A stretch of 64,000 nt of DNA from a virus. Positions 11,178 through 20,885 of this stretch are shown here, one piece after another (position 1 is the stretch's first letter; the number at the start of each line of letters is the position of its first letter). Under the pieces are notes generated by a model. It ran no database searches. It was not told the DNA's origin and saw only the letters and a list, made by a program, of their open reading frames with translations. The stretch is taken from positions 32,001 to 96,000 of the IMG/VR virus record IMGVR_UViG_3300028920_000040. One strand, written 5' to 3'. A program made the position numbers and the translations under genes.

Positions 11178-11654
11178 ATGAAAAACGTAGAGATGATTCA
11201 GTTGGTACAGGTAATTGACAAAGTACTTCCGGTTTCTAAGAAGGTCAAATTTAACTATTTGTTGAACAAGAACAAGAGACTTATCGATGAAGAACAGAAG
11301 ACACTTGCCGAGATATCTAAGCCAAGTGACAAGATTGTTGAATTCGAAACAAAGAGACTTGAACTTTGTAGAACTCATTGTACTAAAGATGACGATGGAA
11401 ATCCGGTTTTAAACAAAGATACAAATAGGTTTGAAGGATTAGACAAGAGCGCAAAGTTTAAGAAGGCATTTGAAAAATTAGCTAAAGAATATGATGAAGC
11501 AATCAAAGAAAACCAGGAAAAAATGAACCAGTATGACGAACTTCTTCAGGAAGAATCTAAAGTAGAACTTGTAAAGATTCCTATTGATATTGTTCCTGAC
11601 GACGTTATTGCTGGAAACGATTTAGCAATATTAATGGAAATTATAGAGGAGTAA
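11178..11654 (+). CDS. coiled-coil hypothetical protein, possible tail assembly chaperone
   Basis: Strong RBS, charged helical protein in the tail module. Function is inferred only. Confidence 0.45.
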   Translation: MKNVEMIQLVQVIDKVLPVSKKVKFNYLLNKNKRLIDEEQKTLAEISKPSDKIVEFETKRLELCRTHCTKDDDGNPVLNKDTNRFEGLDKSAKFKKAFEKLAKEYDEAIKENQEKMNQYDELLQEESKVELVKIPIDIVPDDVIAGNDLAILMEIIEE

Positions 11655-11655
11655 T

Positions 11656-12042
11656 ATGGCAGTAAACAGAGAATTCGCCGATAGATGGGCATATGACATT
11701 TCTCAAAATGTTATATCCAAAGGAGAAATATGGGATGTCGATGTACTTAATCAATCGATAGAACTTATTCTCGGCACTGTCTATGGTGAAAGGCTGTTTA
11801 ATACCTCCTTTGGTTGTGGTCTTCAATTAAGAATTTTTGAATCTATGACTCCTGAAGCTGGCGAGGATATTCTCAATGAGATTGCTCGCCAGCTTAAATT
11901 GTGGGAGGATCGAATCATAGTATTGGAAGATGAAATGAGACTCAACTTTAATGGAGATAGTAATTCTATTACTATAACAATACCATATATTATAAGAGAT
12001 CGAAATCTTAGATCGGTTTTTAAGAAAAAGATAATCACATAG
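11656..12042 (+). CDS. gp25: baseplate wedge subunit gp25-like
   Basis: NQSIELILGTVYGERLFNTSFGC..WEDRI is the GPW/gp25 signature. Confidence 0.85.
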   Translation: MAVNREFADRWAYDISQNVISKGEIWDVDVLNQSIELILGTVYGERLFNTSFGCGLQLRIFESMTPEAGEDILNEIARQLKLWEDRIIVLEDEMRLNFNGDSNSITITIPYIIRDRNLRSVFKKKIIT

Positions 12043-12053
12043 CGGAGAGTTAG

Positions 12054-14636
12054 ATGGCTACTAATAACTTTTTAAAGTACTCTGGAATGACATATTCAGA
12101 GCTGATCAGTCAGATTAATGACAGACTATTGGCGGATAGTAGATTTGATAACTTCAGAGAATCAGCAATTGCACAAATGCTCATAGAGATTTTTGCTGGT
12201 GCTACTGATATTGTTAATTACTATCTAGATAGAAGAGCAGAAGAATGTTACTTTGATACGGCAAGACTTAGAAGTTCTGCCATACTTCTGTCCCGTCAAC
12301 TGGGCTATGTTGTAACGAGGGCGGTTCCTGCGTCTACAACTATAAAAACAAAAATTGCTGGTGACCTATCTACTCTATCAACACCAATAACTTCAGGAGA
12401 TAAACTTCAAGTTCCTGTTCACTCCGTTTTTAGTTATAATGGAAACGACTATATTTTAAAACAGACTTTTACTCATACATTTACCCAATCAGAAGTTGAT
12501 AATATTACTGTTCTCGGCGAAAATTTTGAGTTGGAAATTTCAACTGATGATAATGGAAATACAATATCTTTAGCTCAAGGAGAACTTAAAGAAAAAGTTA
12601 TTGATGGAAGCACAAATCCTTCCGTAGGTCAAATTTTTCAGGTATATAAAATTGAAGACGATACGTTTAGTAATATATATGGAACCAGTGATTATGATAT
12701 TCCGACGACAAGAGTTTGGGTAGGAAATAATAAAACAAACGCAACAGAATATGATATTGATAGAAGATCATTAATTAACTGGGAATCATTAGAAAGTCTA
12801 GCTGCAGGAACTTCTAAAGATGTATGTGTGATTAGAACTTCAACCGACGAAGATGTAGAAATTCTTTTTGGTGATAATCAATATGCAAGTGTTGGTGCGG
12901 CTACAAATCAAGACAATATTTTTATTCAGTATCTATCTACAGTTGGTTCTAAAGCAAATGAGGTTGGAGTCATTGGTCAGCAGATAGAATATGAAGGACA
13001 GATATTAGATCAGAATGGTCAGGACATAACCGAATTTATTACTTTTGAGTTTGTTACTAATATTACTGGTGGAGCAGATATGGAAAGTCTTGATTCAATC
13101 AAGAATAATGCTCCTGCAATTTATTATTCACTTGATAGACTTGTAACTAAAACAGACTATATTGCATATTTAAAATCATTAACAACTCCAATTAATATTC
13201 AGAATGCACTTGCTTGGGGCGAACAAGAAGAAGTTTTAAAACTTACAAACGGAGATGGTGTTATTGAAAAACTTTTTAATGTTGTTATGTTTAGTTGTCT
13301 TGGAGAATTATATAATATAAGCGTATCAGAATATTTTCCATATACTCAAGGAAATGGATTAGAAAATGTCGTCCTCGACGCGGATTTTGATGAAGATGCA
13401 ATTAATGCTCAAAGTTATTTCAATTTATATATTAGACAGGATGTAGTAAAACAATTAAACAGATATGAGGTTAGTGCATCATATTGGTGGTTAGCAAGTA
13501 GTAATCCAAGTACAAATGTGGGATCATATTATGAAGGGCAATATGGAGACTCTGCTGTATTAGAATTTGATTATACTTCAGATACTGCAGGAATAGGTTT
13601 GTCTGCTTCTGCAACATCGACTGTTGATATGACAACTCCTTCTTATAGTACATTTAATACTGTATCAGGAACTATGACTCAATATGCGACCGATCTTACA
13701 ACTGCTCTTACAGCAGTAACAGATAATAGAGGAGACTCCACAGCACAAAATTCAAATTATGGAAGTCCTGCATTTCCAGGAATAGAATGTACATATAATT
13801 CAATAGAAAACAGATTGGAAATTAGAACTGCAAACAGTGATGTTTGTTATATTTCAAATATAAGATATTCATCCGCAACAAATAATATTGCTTCTGATAC
13901 TGGTCTTAGTGCAAAATCAATGCAGAAGTTATACGAACAGACTTTTGAAGATATTAGTGATAATACATTAACGGTTATTAATAGTATTCAAGAAAGAAGT
14001 CAGGTAACAACAAGAGCAGTTTATATAAGTCCTATTATTCATAACCTTGTTGTTAGTGGAACTGTCTATGTTAATAATCTTTATGATAGAGAATCGTTAA
14101 GAACTGAATTAAATAATGATGTTTATGAATGGTTAAACATCAATGCAGATTTTAATGAAGATATTTATAAATCAAATATTATAGAAATTATTGAAGATAG
14201 TCCGGGTATAAGAAATGTCGATATGAACTTTGGTGCAGTAGCATTAACTCCTCCTGCAGGATATAGTACTTTTTCCACGGCGGCTATAGTTTCAGAAATT
14301 GATTCTTGGCCAGTTGTATCTGATAGATCAAGTATTGAAACTATTTTTATTGCTTATGTTAATTCTATAACTACTAATCCAACAGTAACTTCTGGGGGAG
14401 AAAGATGGTTCTTAGAAACTTGGGCAAAGGGATTTTATGATACATTGGTCGCACAAGGATATACAAGCTTTGCAGATAGTACTGCATTTATTAATTTAGT
14501 TACTGCAGTACATAAAGATTTTTCTGTTCAAATTAAAAATAGTTTAATTGATTCACAAGGTAATATTACAAACTATACAATTGGAAACGAAATTGTTAAA
14601 CTCACCATTACACTAAGTTATGTGTATGCGACGTAA
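12054..14636 (+). CDS. gp6: baseplate wedge subunit gp6-like
   Basis: Motifs ECYFDTARLRSSAILLSRQLGY, ILFGD, TGGADMESLDSIKNNAP, RLVTKTDY. Confidence 0.85.
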   Translation: MATNNFLKYSGMTYSELISQINDRLLADSRFDNFRESAIAQMLIEIFAGATDIVNYYLDRRAEECYFDTARLRSSAILLSRQLGYVVTRAVPASTTIKTKIAGDLSTLSTPITSGDKLQVPVHSVFSYNGNDYILKQTFTHTFTQSEVDNITVLGENFELEISTDDNGNTISLAQGELKEKVIDGSTNPSVGQIFQVYKIEDDTFSNIYGTSDYDIPTTRVWVGNNKTNATEYDIDRRSLINWESLESLAAGTSKDVCVIRTSTDEDVEILFGDNQYASVGAATNQDNIFIQYLSTVGSKANEVGVIGQQIEYEGQILDQNGQDITEFITFEFVTNITGGADMESLDSIKNNAPAIYYSLDRLVTKTDYIAYLKSLTTPINIQNALAWGEQEEVLKLTNGDGVIEKLFNVVMFSCLGELYNISVSEYFPYTQGNGLENVVLDADFDEDAINAQSYFNLYIRQDVVKQLNRYEVSASYWWLASSNPSTNVGSYYEGQYGDSAVLEFDYTSDTAGIGLSASATSTVDMTTPSYSTFNTVSGTMTQYATDLTTALTAVTDNRGDSTAQNSNYGSPAFPGIECTYNSIENRLEIRTANSDVCYISNIRYSSATNNIASDTGLSAKSMQKLYEQTFEDISDNTLTVINSIQERSQVTTRAVYISPIIHNLVVSGTVYVNNLYDRESLRTELNNDVYEWLNINADFNEDIYKSNIIEIIEDSPGIRNVDMNFGAVALTPPAGYSTFSTAAIVSEIDSWPVVSDRSSIETIFIAYVNSITTNPTVTSGGERWFLETWAKGFYDTLVAQGYTSFADSTAFINLVTAVHKDFSVQIKNSLIDSQGNITNYTIGNEIVKLTITLSYVYAT

Positions 14637-14643
14637 ATAAATT

Positions 14644-16977
14644 ATGGCATATTGGGTAGACATAAATAACTCTTATTCATCGACTGGTGCTGGTACTAGT
14701 GTATCTCCATTTAGTTGGTCTCAATTCATAACTGATTTAGCAGATGCTTCTTTAAGTACTAGAACATATTATGTATCTGGTACTAGAACATTATCAACCA
14801 ATACAACTATAACAATTGACTCTATTGATACGTCTACTACAGGCGCATCAGTCGTTACTATTAATGATTGGGATGGCGAGCCTTGGAGAATTATAGGAGA
14901 TGCTAGTGTAGGAATTATTAATATTAATTCTTCTTATGTTAGATATCTTTATTTGCGCGGAGGTATGATCCAAGGAACTAAAAGTGGATTTTTCTCCACT
15001 ATATATTGTGCATCTACTCCATCTTCTTTTTGCGATGTTACAATCGATTCGATGTGGATTAATTTTTATACTTCATTTGTAATTCGTAATTATGATGATG
15101 TATATGTTTATAATAGTTTACTTAGTGATACTAATCAAGGATTGGTTGGTTCTAATCCAGGATCGTTTGGAGTTTATAATAGCGATACCGCAACAATAAG
15201 AAATACTATATTGGCAATAGGAGCATTTAGTGCTCCAGATTCGACAAATACATTAGACAATGTTGTTTCTACAAGAGTGGCTTTTCCTATTACAATAGGA
15301 TCATCTATTGATACAAGTAGTTCTGTTCAACTTGATTGGGAATCAGACCCAATTGTTTCATCTGCGGTAAATTTATTAAGCGCTTCTAATATAAGTTATC
15401 TTACATCCTCTTTTGATGGAATATCTGCAACTGGAAATGCATCACCCGCATTATCATATACATGGTTTGATGGAACAAGAGATGGAGTCGGAGCACTTTA
15501 TTTTCCAACGATTACAGTAAGTGCTTCTGCTACTCCTTCATCTGCCGCCGCGGGTGATACTATAACGATTGATATAAATGATGTTTTTACAGAATTTAGT
15601 GCTTCGAGTGCAACATTTAATTTTGGCGATTCAACAAGTACGACTGTAAATGAACCATCAGCAACTCATGTTTATTCTGCTGTTGATGATTATAGTGTTA
15701 CTGTTTCTGTTCTTTCTAAGAATGAATGGTATAGTTCTGTATCTGATGCTATAACAGTTTCTATATCTGCTGGTGATGCATCGGCGACATTTGAATTTTT
15801 AGATTCTGATACTTCTGCAGTAACAACTTCTGCTGAAACATATACTGACGTTTTAATGTCAGCAACAATAGTTAGTGGTGATGTTGTTTCTTATATAATG
15901 GACTGGGGAGATGGTACATCTTCTACATATACAGGATCAGACCCGATAAGTACTATTCCAGTATTAACACACCAATATATTTCATCGGGAAGTCTTACAG
16001 GAACAATTAGTGTTAATAATAGAAATCCTTTTAATAAAAGTTTAAATACATATATTAGAACTCCGACGACATATTATGTAGATATTAATAATTCATATAC
16101 TTCTTCAGGTAATGGATTATTAGCAACCCCATTAAATTATTCTCAATTCAAGACTACAATTGAGGATGGTGGAGATGGAGAATTTGGAGATATATTTAAA
16201 TTAAAGGGATATAGAGAATTAACATATGGTACGGATTTTGTTAATAGTTTAATATTAATAGCCGATCCAACTCTTTCGTTTGTAATTGATGCTTGGGATT
16301 TATCTGCATATGGTCCTTGGATGATCTCGCCGGAAATTTATCCGGGCGCATTAACATCAATATTGTCATTTAAGAACAGTACTCTTAAAAATGGAATTTT
16401 ATATAATAGAGTTTACTTTGATAATAGAGGAGTTATTTTTTATCTTTCTTCAATGAAAGATACTTTCGTTGTTAATCAAGGAACAAATAGTAGAATTATT
16501 CTTTCTCCAAGTACACAATTAAGCGGTACTCCTATTAGTGGGTGTGATATTATTGGTTCGACATTATATTGTGAAAATGGATATAGAGATAATGCAGATC
16601 AAGCATACGATATAAATCTTACTGACTCTGTATTTGTTGGATTTGAAAATCAAGTTAGTGGAACATATTTTACTAGTGCAACAGTAAATATAACTAACAG
16701 TACTTTTACAGACGATGCTTCTTCATTATTATCAGGATTTAATATTGGTACGAGCGCGAGTTCACAATATGGATGGACTGCTCCAACAGATTATCCGTTT
16801 ACTCCTACTAATGAAGCATATGGACAATCACTAGATTGGCTATTACTAAATAAAAGAGCTTTAAGACCATTCTCTGGAATTACAACTCCTCCAAATCCTG
16901 GTGATGGATATGATACATATCCGGGTTATACAACTGGATTATTTGGAAATTCTAGAAAAGACTATGAGGCACCATAA
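14644..16977 (+). CDS. virion structural protein with PKD-like domains and repeated beta-rich units
   Basis: Two YxVDINNSY..G.G....P units; PKD-like FNFGDS..THVY and MDWGDG..THQY motifs. Confidence 0.6.
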   Translation: MAYWVDINNSYSSTGAGTSVSPFSWSQFITDLADASLSTRTYYVSGTRTLSTNTTITIDSIDTSTTGASVVTINDWDGEPWRIIGDASVGIININSSYVRYLYLRGGMIQGTKSGFFSTIYCASTPSSFCDVTIDSMWINFYTSFVIRNYDDVYVYNSLLSDTNQGLVGSNPGSFGVYNSDTATIRNTILAIGAFSAPDSTNTLDNVVSTRVAFPITIGSSIDTSSSVQLDWESDPIVSSAVNLLSASNISYLTSSFDGISATGNASPALSYTWFDGTRDGVGALYFPTITVSASATPSSAAAGDTITIDINDVFTEFSASSATFNFGDSTSTTVNEPSATHVYSAVDDYSVTVSVLSKNEWYSSVSDAITVSISAGDASATFEFLDSDTSAVTTSAETYTDVLMSATIVSGDVVSYIMDWGDGTSSTYTGSDPISTIPVLTHQYISSGSLTGTISVNNRNPFNKSLNTYIRTPTTYYVDINNSYTSSGNGLLATPLNYSQFKTTIEDGGDGEFGDIFKLKGYRELTYGTDFVNSLILIADPTLSFVIDAWDLSAYGPWMISPEIYPGALTSILSFKNSTLKNGILYNRVYFDNRGVIFYLSSMKDTFVVNQGTNSRIILSPSTQLSGTPISGCDIIGSTLYCENGYRDNADQAYDINLTDSVFVGFENQVSGTYFTSATVNITNSTFTDDASSLLSGFNIGTSASSQYGWTAPTDYPFTPTNEAYGQSLDWLLLNKRALRPFSGITTPPNPGDGYDTYPGYTTGLFGNSRKDYEAP

Positions 16978-17609
16978 TGAATTTTTTGCAGATTTGGATT
17001 GGTAAGAAACCTAATAAGAAAATTTTAAAATGTATGGAAACAGTTATTGATAAAGTAACTGATAATGATACTTATACATTGATATCAAATAAAAATTTTC
17101 TTAGTAAAATTAAGACAACAAATATAGATTGGATAAATATAGAAGAATATGAATTTAAAATGATGAAGTCGAATAAAATTATTAAAATGATAATAGAATT
17201 TTGTAGATTAAATGATAATCATTTTTATAGATCGTGTAGATCAGATTTAATAAGACTTTGGGAAGCTTCTCGTAAAAATAATTTATTTTATCTTGATACT
17301 GATGTAGAATTAAAAAAGATACCAGATTTTATTAATAATAAAATACCTTATATAGCAGGAATAAAAAGAAAAAGAAAAATTAAAAAAGATTATTTTATAA
17401 TATACAATAATAATAATAAGAAATTTTTTAAAGAACTTCTTAGTGAAATTGTTAATCAATGTTATTATCCTAGAAGAAAACGTCTTATTAGATGCGAAAT
17501 TAATAGAATGTGGATATATAATAAATTACAATATAAAGACAAAACAATGATTATAGACAATATTAATTTTAAACATTTAAATATGTATCAACAACGGAAA
17601 GATAAATGA
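16977..17609 (+). CDS. glycosyltransferase, GT32/DxD sugar-binding type
   Basis: N-terminal QIWIG, RSDLIRL and FYLDTDVE motifs. Confidence 0.65.
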   Translation: MNFLQIWIGKKPNKKILKCMETVIDKVTDNDTYTLISNKNFLSKIKTTNIDWINIEEYEFKMMKSNKIIKMIIEFCRLNDNHFYRSCRSDLIRLWEASRKNNLFYLDTDVELKKIPDFINNKIPYIAGIKRKRKIKKDYFIIYNNNNKKFFKELLSEIVNQCYYPRRKRLIRCEINRMWIYNKLQYKDKTMIIDNINFKHLNMYQQRKDK

Positions 17610-19333
17610 GTACATATTATTCAAATATAGATAATAGTTATAATACTACAAGCGGCGACGGTACTTTAGGCGATCCTTGGAATAAAGATCAACTTGAAGA
17701 TTTTTTTGATAAAGATTTATCTGCTAATCCTGGTGTATCTGTTTCGGATGGTGATATTATAAAATTAAGAGGAGAATGGATTGAACCAACGGGCAATGCT
17801 GTTTTATATACTGATGTTTCTGCTATTGACTTTACTATTGAGGCGTGGGATTTAGAAACATATGGTCCTTGGAAAATAGCAGGAGAAACGCCGTCCGACA
17901 GTGTGCGCATGTATATGTCTACTGATTTCATCTCCCCAGCAGTTAGTGGTACTGTTACAATTAAAGATGGTGTTATTCGAGGCCCAGAAATTGATGTAAT
18001 TACTCCACACATTATTATCGATTATATTATCAAAAATACAATATTTATAAATAATTTTAATATTCAGAAAGATAATACAATTGGAGGACAAGATTATATT
18101 TACGGCTGTACTTTTAGTAATGTCCCAGAAATTAATATGGTTAATTATAATGAGTCGGATAATATTATAAACTTTAACGATTCTGTTTTTTATAATAGTA
18201 TTGTATATAGTGGTGGTGATTATAATACTATGAATTATAATAGTTGTACTTTTTCTGGAACATCCGCAGATATTTTTAATGGTATAGATACTTCTGCAAT
18301 AAATATTTCATCATGTAATTTTGAATGGGTACCATCTACAACTATGCCATCTTTTAATAATATAACAATTGCTAATAAAGAAGCGTTAAGTTGTATGAAA
18401 ATGGGATTAGAATATTCTGTCAATCCAAGAAGAGGAATATGGACAACATTAAAGTCGCTGCCTTTTACATATGGAGATGATTATCCATATGGATTATTTG
18501 GATATAATAGACTTGGTCCCGGCGCATTATATTTTGGTGATGGGATGTATGTTGATTTAAGTGCCTCTGTCTCGGGAACTGGAACATCAGCTTCGCCATT
18601 TAATGGTACGGAAGTTCAAGAATTATATAATGGTACTATAGTATATTCGTGGGCCAATGGAGTTCATCCAAGAGATATTATAATTTTAAGAGGCAGTTTA
18701 GATCAGCCAACTAACATTGATTTTAATAAAGAATATACAAATATTTCGATGGCACCATGGGATTATGATTTATACGGACCGTGGAGAATGAAATCGGACG
18801 CGTCAATTCTTCTTGGTCCGACCGATTTCGGCGACGATACCCGGGGCGATTGTATAATTATAGGGGCTATTTTAAGTGCCGCTAATACTATATCTATAGG
18901 ATATGCTAATATAGCAAATGTATTTTTTAATGCAACAGATGCTACGTATGCTGTATCCATGTGGGGCAATACTCAAGTTCGTGGTATAAGTGGATGTACT
19001 ATTTTTACTAATGGAACTGTAATTAGTTTTAGTCATCATAGCGCAGGAGAAACCAATTGGATTTTTAAGGATACTATAATAGAAGGAGTATTAGATAATA
19101 ATGGGGTTATTTGTAATGTTTCTGCCGATAATATGGTGACAGATTCGGCCGATGCTAATTATTTTTCAGCAGCGGCTACACCTGTTACAACATATGTTGA
19201 AACAGGGGATGTAGAATACGGATGGACTCCTTTTACTGTTCCTGCCTGGGACGATCCAAAAGAATCATATTCATACCAATCACTAACATCCGGCGCGAGC
19301 TCGATATCAATTTCTGGTTCAGGAGAATGGTAA
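17606..19333 (+). CDS. structural repeat protein, paralogue of 14644 ORF
   Basis: Shares units with the 14644 ORF: YYSNIDNSY..GDGT..P, IIKLRG, AWDL..YGPW, GALYF. Confidence 0.6.
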   Translation: MSTYYSNIDNSYNTTSGDGTLGDPWNKDQLEDFFDKDLSANPGVSVSDGDIIKLRGEWIEPTGNAVLYTDVSAIDFTIEAWDLETYGPWKIAGETPSDSVRMYMSTDFISPAVSGTVTIKDGVIRGPEIDVITPHIIIDYIIKNTIFINNFNIQKDNTIGGQDYIYGCTFSNVPEINMVNYNESDNIINFNDSVFYNSIVYSGGDYNTMNYNSCTFSGTSADIFNGIDTSAINISSCNFEWVPSTTMPSFNNITIANKEALSCMKMGLEYSVNPRRGIWTTLKSLPFTYGDDYPYGLFGYNRLGPGALYFGDGMYVDLSASVSGTGTSASPFNGTEVQELYNGTIVYSWANGVHPRDIIILRGSLDQPTNIDFNKEYTNISMAPWDYDLYGPWRMKSDASILLGPTDFGDDTRGDCIIIGAILSAANTISIGYANIANVFFNATDATYAVSMWGNTQVRGISGCTIFTNGTVISFSHHSAGETNWIFKDTIIEGVLDNNGVICNVSADNMVTDSADANYFSAAATPVTTYVETGDVEYGWTPFTVPAWDDPKESYSYQSLTSGASSISISGSGEW

Positions 19334-19852
19334 ATGTCTTATTATAGTACTGGATTATGGGGAGAACCTAGAATTGGTGTAGGCGCGTTCTATTTTGATG
19401 CGTCTAGTACTGGTCATATTGGTGCATTCTACTTTGGTGACATAGAGGTTAATTTAAGCGCCGACGTTGCAGAGATAACTGTAACAGGATTAGAACCAAC
19501 GATAACTGCTGTTATTTCAACTCCTGCAACTGTTACTCCTCCTCCTGCATTAATAATAGTCACTGGAAATATTCCTGCACAAATAATTGCAATAAAATAT
19601 CTTGCAGTAGATTTTGTTGGAGTGCCTGTAAGAGGACCATCACCATTAGTCGTAAGATTTACAGCAACTACGACTTTAGATGGAGAGACTGCTTCTCTAT
19701 ATAATATAACTGGATATCGTTGGTATTTTGATTATGATAATTACCCAGCAGTTTATGAAACATCGACAACGAATGTGATTGAACATACATATACTGGAAC
19801 ATACGCACAAAAATTTACAGTAAAATGTTGTGTAGAATTAGAACTTAAGTAG
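19334..19852 (+). CDS. PKD-like domain structural protein (in frame with upstream gene)
   Basis: DFVGVPVRGPSPLVVRF..YRWYFD..HTY is PKD-like. Own AGGAG RBS. Confidence 0.55.
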   Translation: MSYYSTGLWGEPRIGVGAFYFDASSTGHIGAFYFGDIEVNLSADVAEITVTGLEPTITAVISTPATVTPPPALIIVTGNIPAQIIAIKYLAVDFVGVPVRGPSPLVVRFTATTTLDGETASLYNITGYRWYFDYDNYPAVYETSTTNVIEHTYTGTYAQKFTVKCCVELELK

Positions 19853-19861
19853 GAGATAATA

Positions 19862-20836
19862 ATGTCTGATCTTTCTGCATGTAAATCAAGAGAAGAATAT
19901 ATTAGTCTTTGCGGACCTGATGTAACCAGGTACGGCGACGATCGTTATATTAATCTTGTAGATTATCTTCCACTATATTTAAAAGGTTCTGATGTTGAAA
20001 CATTTACTCAATTCTTTCAAGATTTTCTTAATGAAATGTTTGATGGTGTTGGTGGATCGAGTATTTCTTCTACTGATCTTGATGTGACTACAACATATGG
20101 TGCCAGCGGAACCATGAGTGGATCATATACTTTTGATAGTAGTGCAATGCCTACAAGTGCTTCAGAAGTACAAGAATATGATATATCAGCATCAACTGTT
20201 GATAAAATATCTATACTTGAAAAAGTAAAGAGATTAACAGAGCTTCATGATCCTGATTTAATTGATATAGAGTATATACAATTTTTTGCAAAGAATTTAG
20301 GATATAATATTAATTTGACAAGAGATCAAATTGGAGTTGGTTCTGATGTAGGAAATTTAGCAACTCTTGATCCGACAGCATGTTCAGCAACAGATCAAAG
20401 TAAATATCTTAGATTTATGGTTAGAAATTTACCTAATTGGTATAAGATTAAGTCGACTAATAATGCAGTAAAGATAATGCTTTATTCGTTTGGGCTTATT
20501 GGAGATATAGTAGAATACTATACAAATCAATATAACACAAATGGAAATTGGGTATTGGATTATGATGGAAGCCTTACTGATATTCCAAATGATTATTTCC
20601 CAACTCCTCACTTTGCCGTAGTTGTTAATGTAGATGAAAGTGCGAATATTTCTTTAGATGCGGCTAGGAGAGAAAAAATTCTTGCCGCTATTGAATCAAT
20701 AAGACCTATTAATACAGTTTTTGAACAGTTGTCTGCATATATGTTAAGGACTATTACATTATATGCTGGATTAGTCACTAGGTTTAATAAGTATATTAAA
20801 ATAACCTCAAATGGTTATTCGGACTATTGGGTATAG
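19862..20836 (+). CDS. baseplate wedge protein (gp7/P2 gpI-like)
   Basis: DPDLIDIEYIQFFAKNLGY, WYKIKST and IRPIN motifs resemble tail protein I/gp7 cores. Confidence 0.6.
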   Translation: MSDLSACKSREEYISLCGPDVTRYGDDRYINLVDYLPLYLKGSDVETFTQFFQDFLNEMFDGVGGSSISSTDLDVTTTYGASGTMSGSYTFDSSAMPTSASEVQEYDISASTVDKISILEKVKRLTELHDPDLIDIEYIQFFAKNLGYNINLTRDQIGVGSDVGNLATLDPTACSATDQSKYLRFMVRNLPNWYKIKSTNNAVKIMLYSFGLIGDIVEYYTNQYNTNGNWVLDYDGSLTDIPNDYFPTPHFAVVVNVDESANISLDAARREKILAAIESIRPINTVFEQLSAYMLRTITLYAGLVTRFNKYIKITSNGYSDYWV

Positions 20837-20842
20837 TCTTAT

Positions 20843-20850
20843 TATAAATA
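20843..20850 (+). promoter_or_regulatory. T4-type late promoter TATAAATA
   Basis: Exact motif in the intergenic gap before the 20886 ORF. Confidence 0.65.
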
Positions 20851-20885
20851 ATTAAGATAGAACCAAATACAAGGAGATAGATAGA

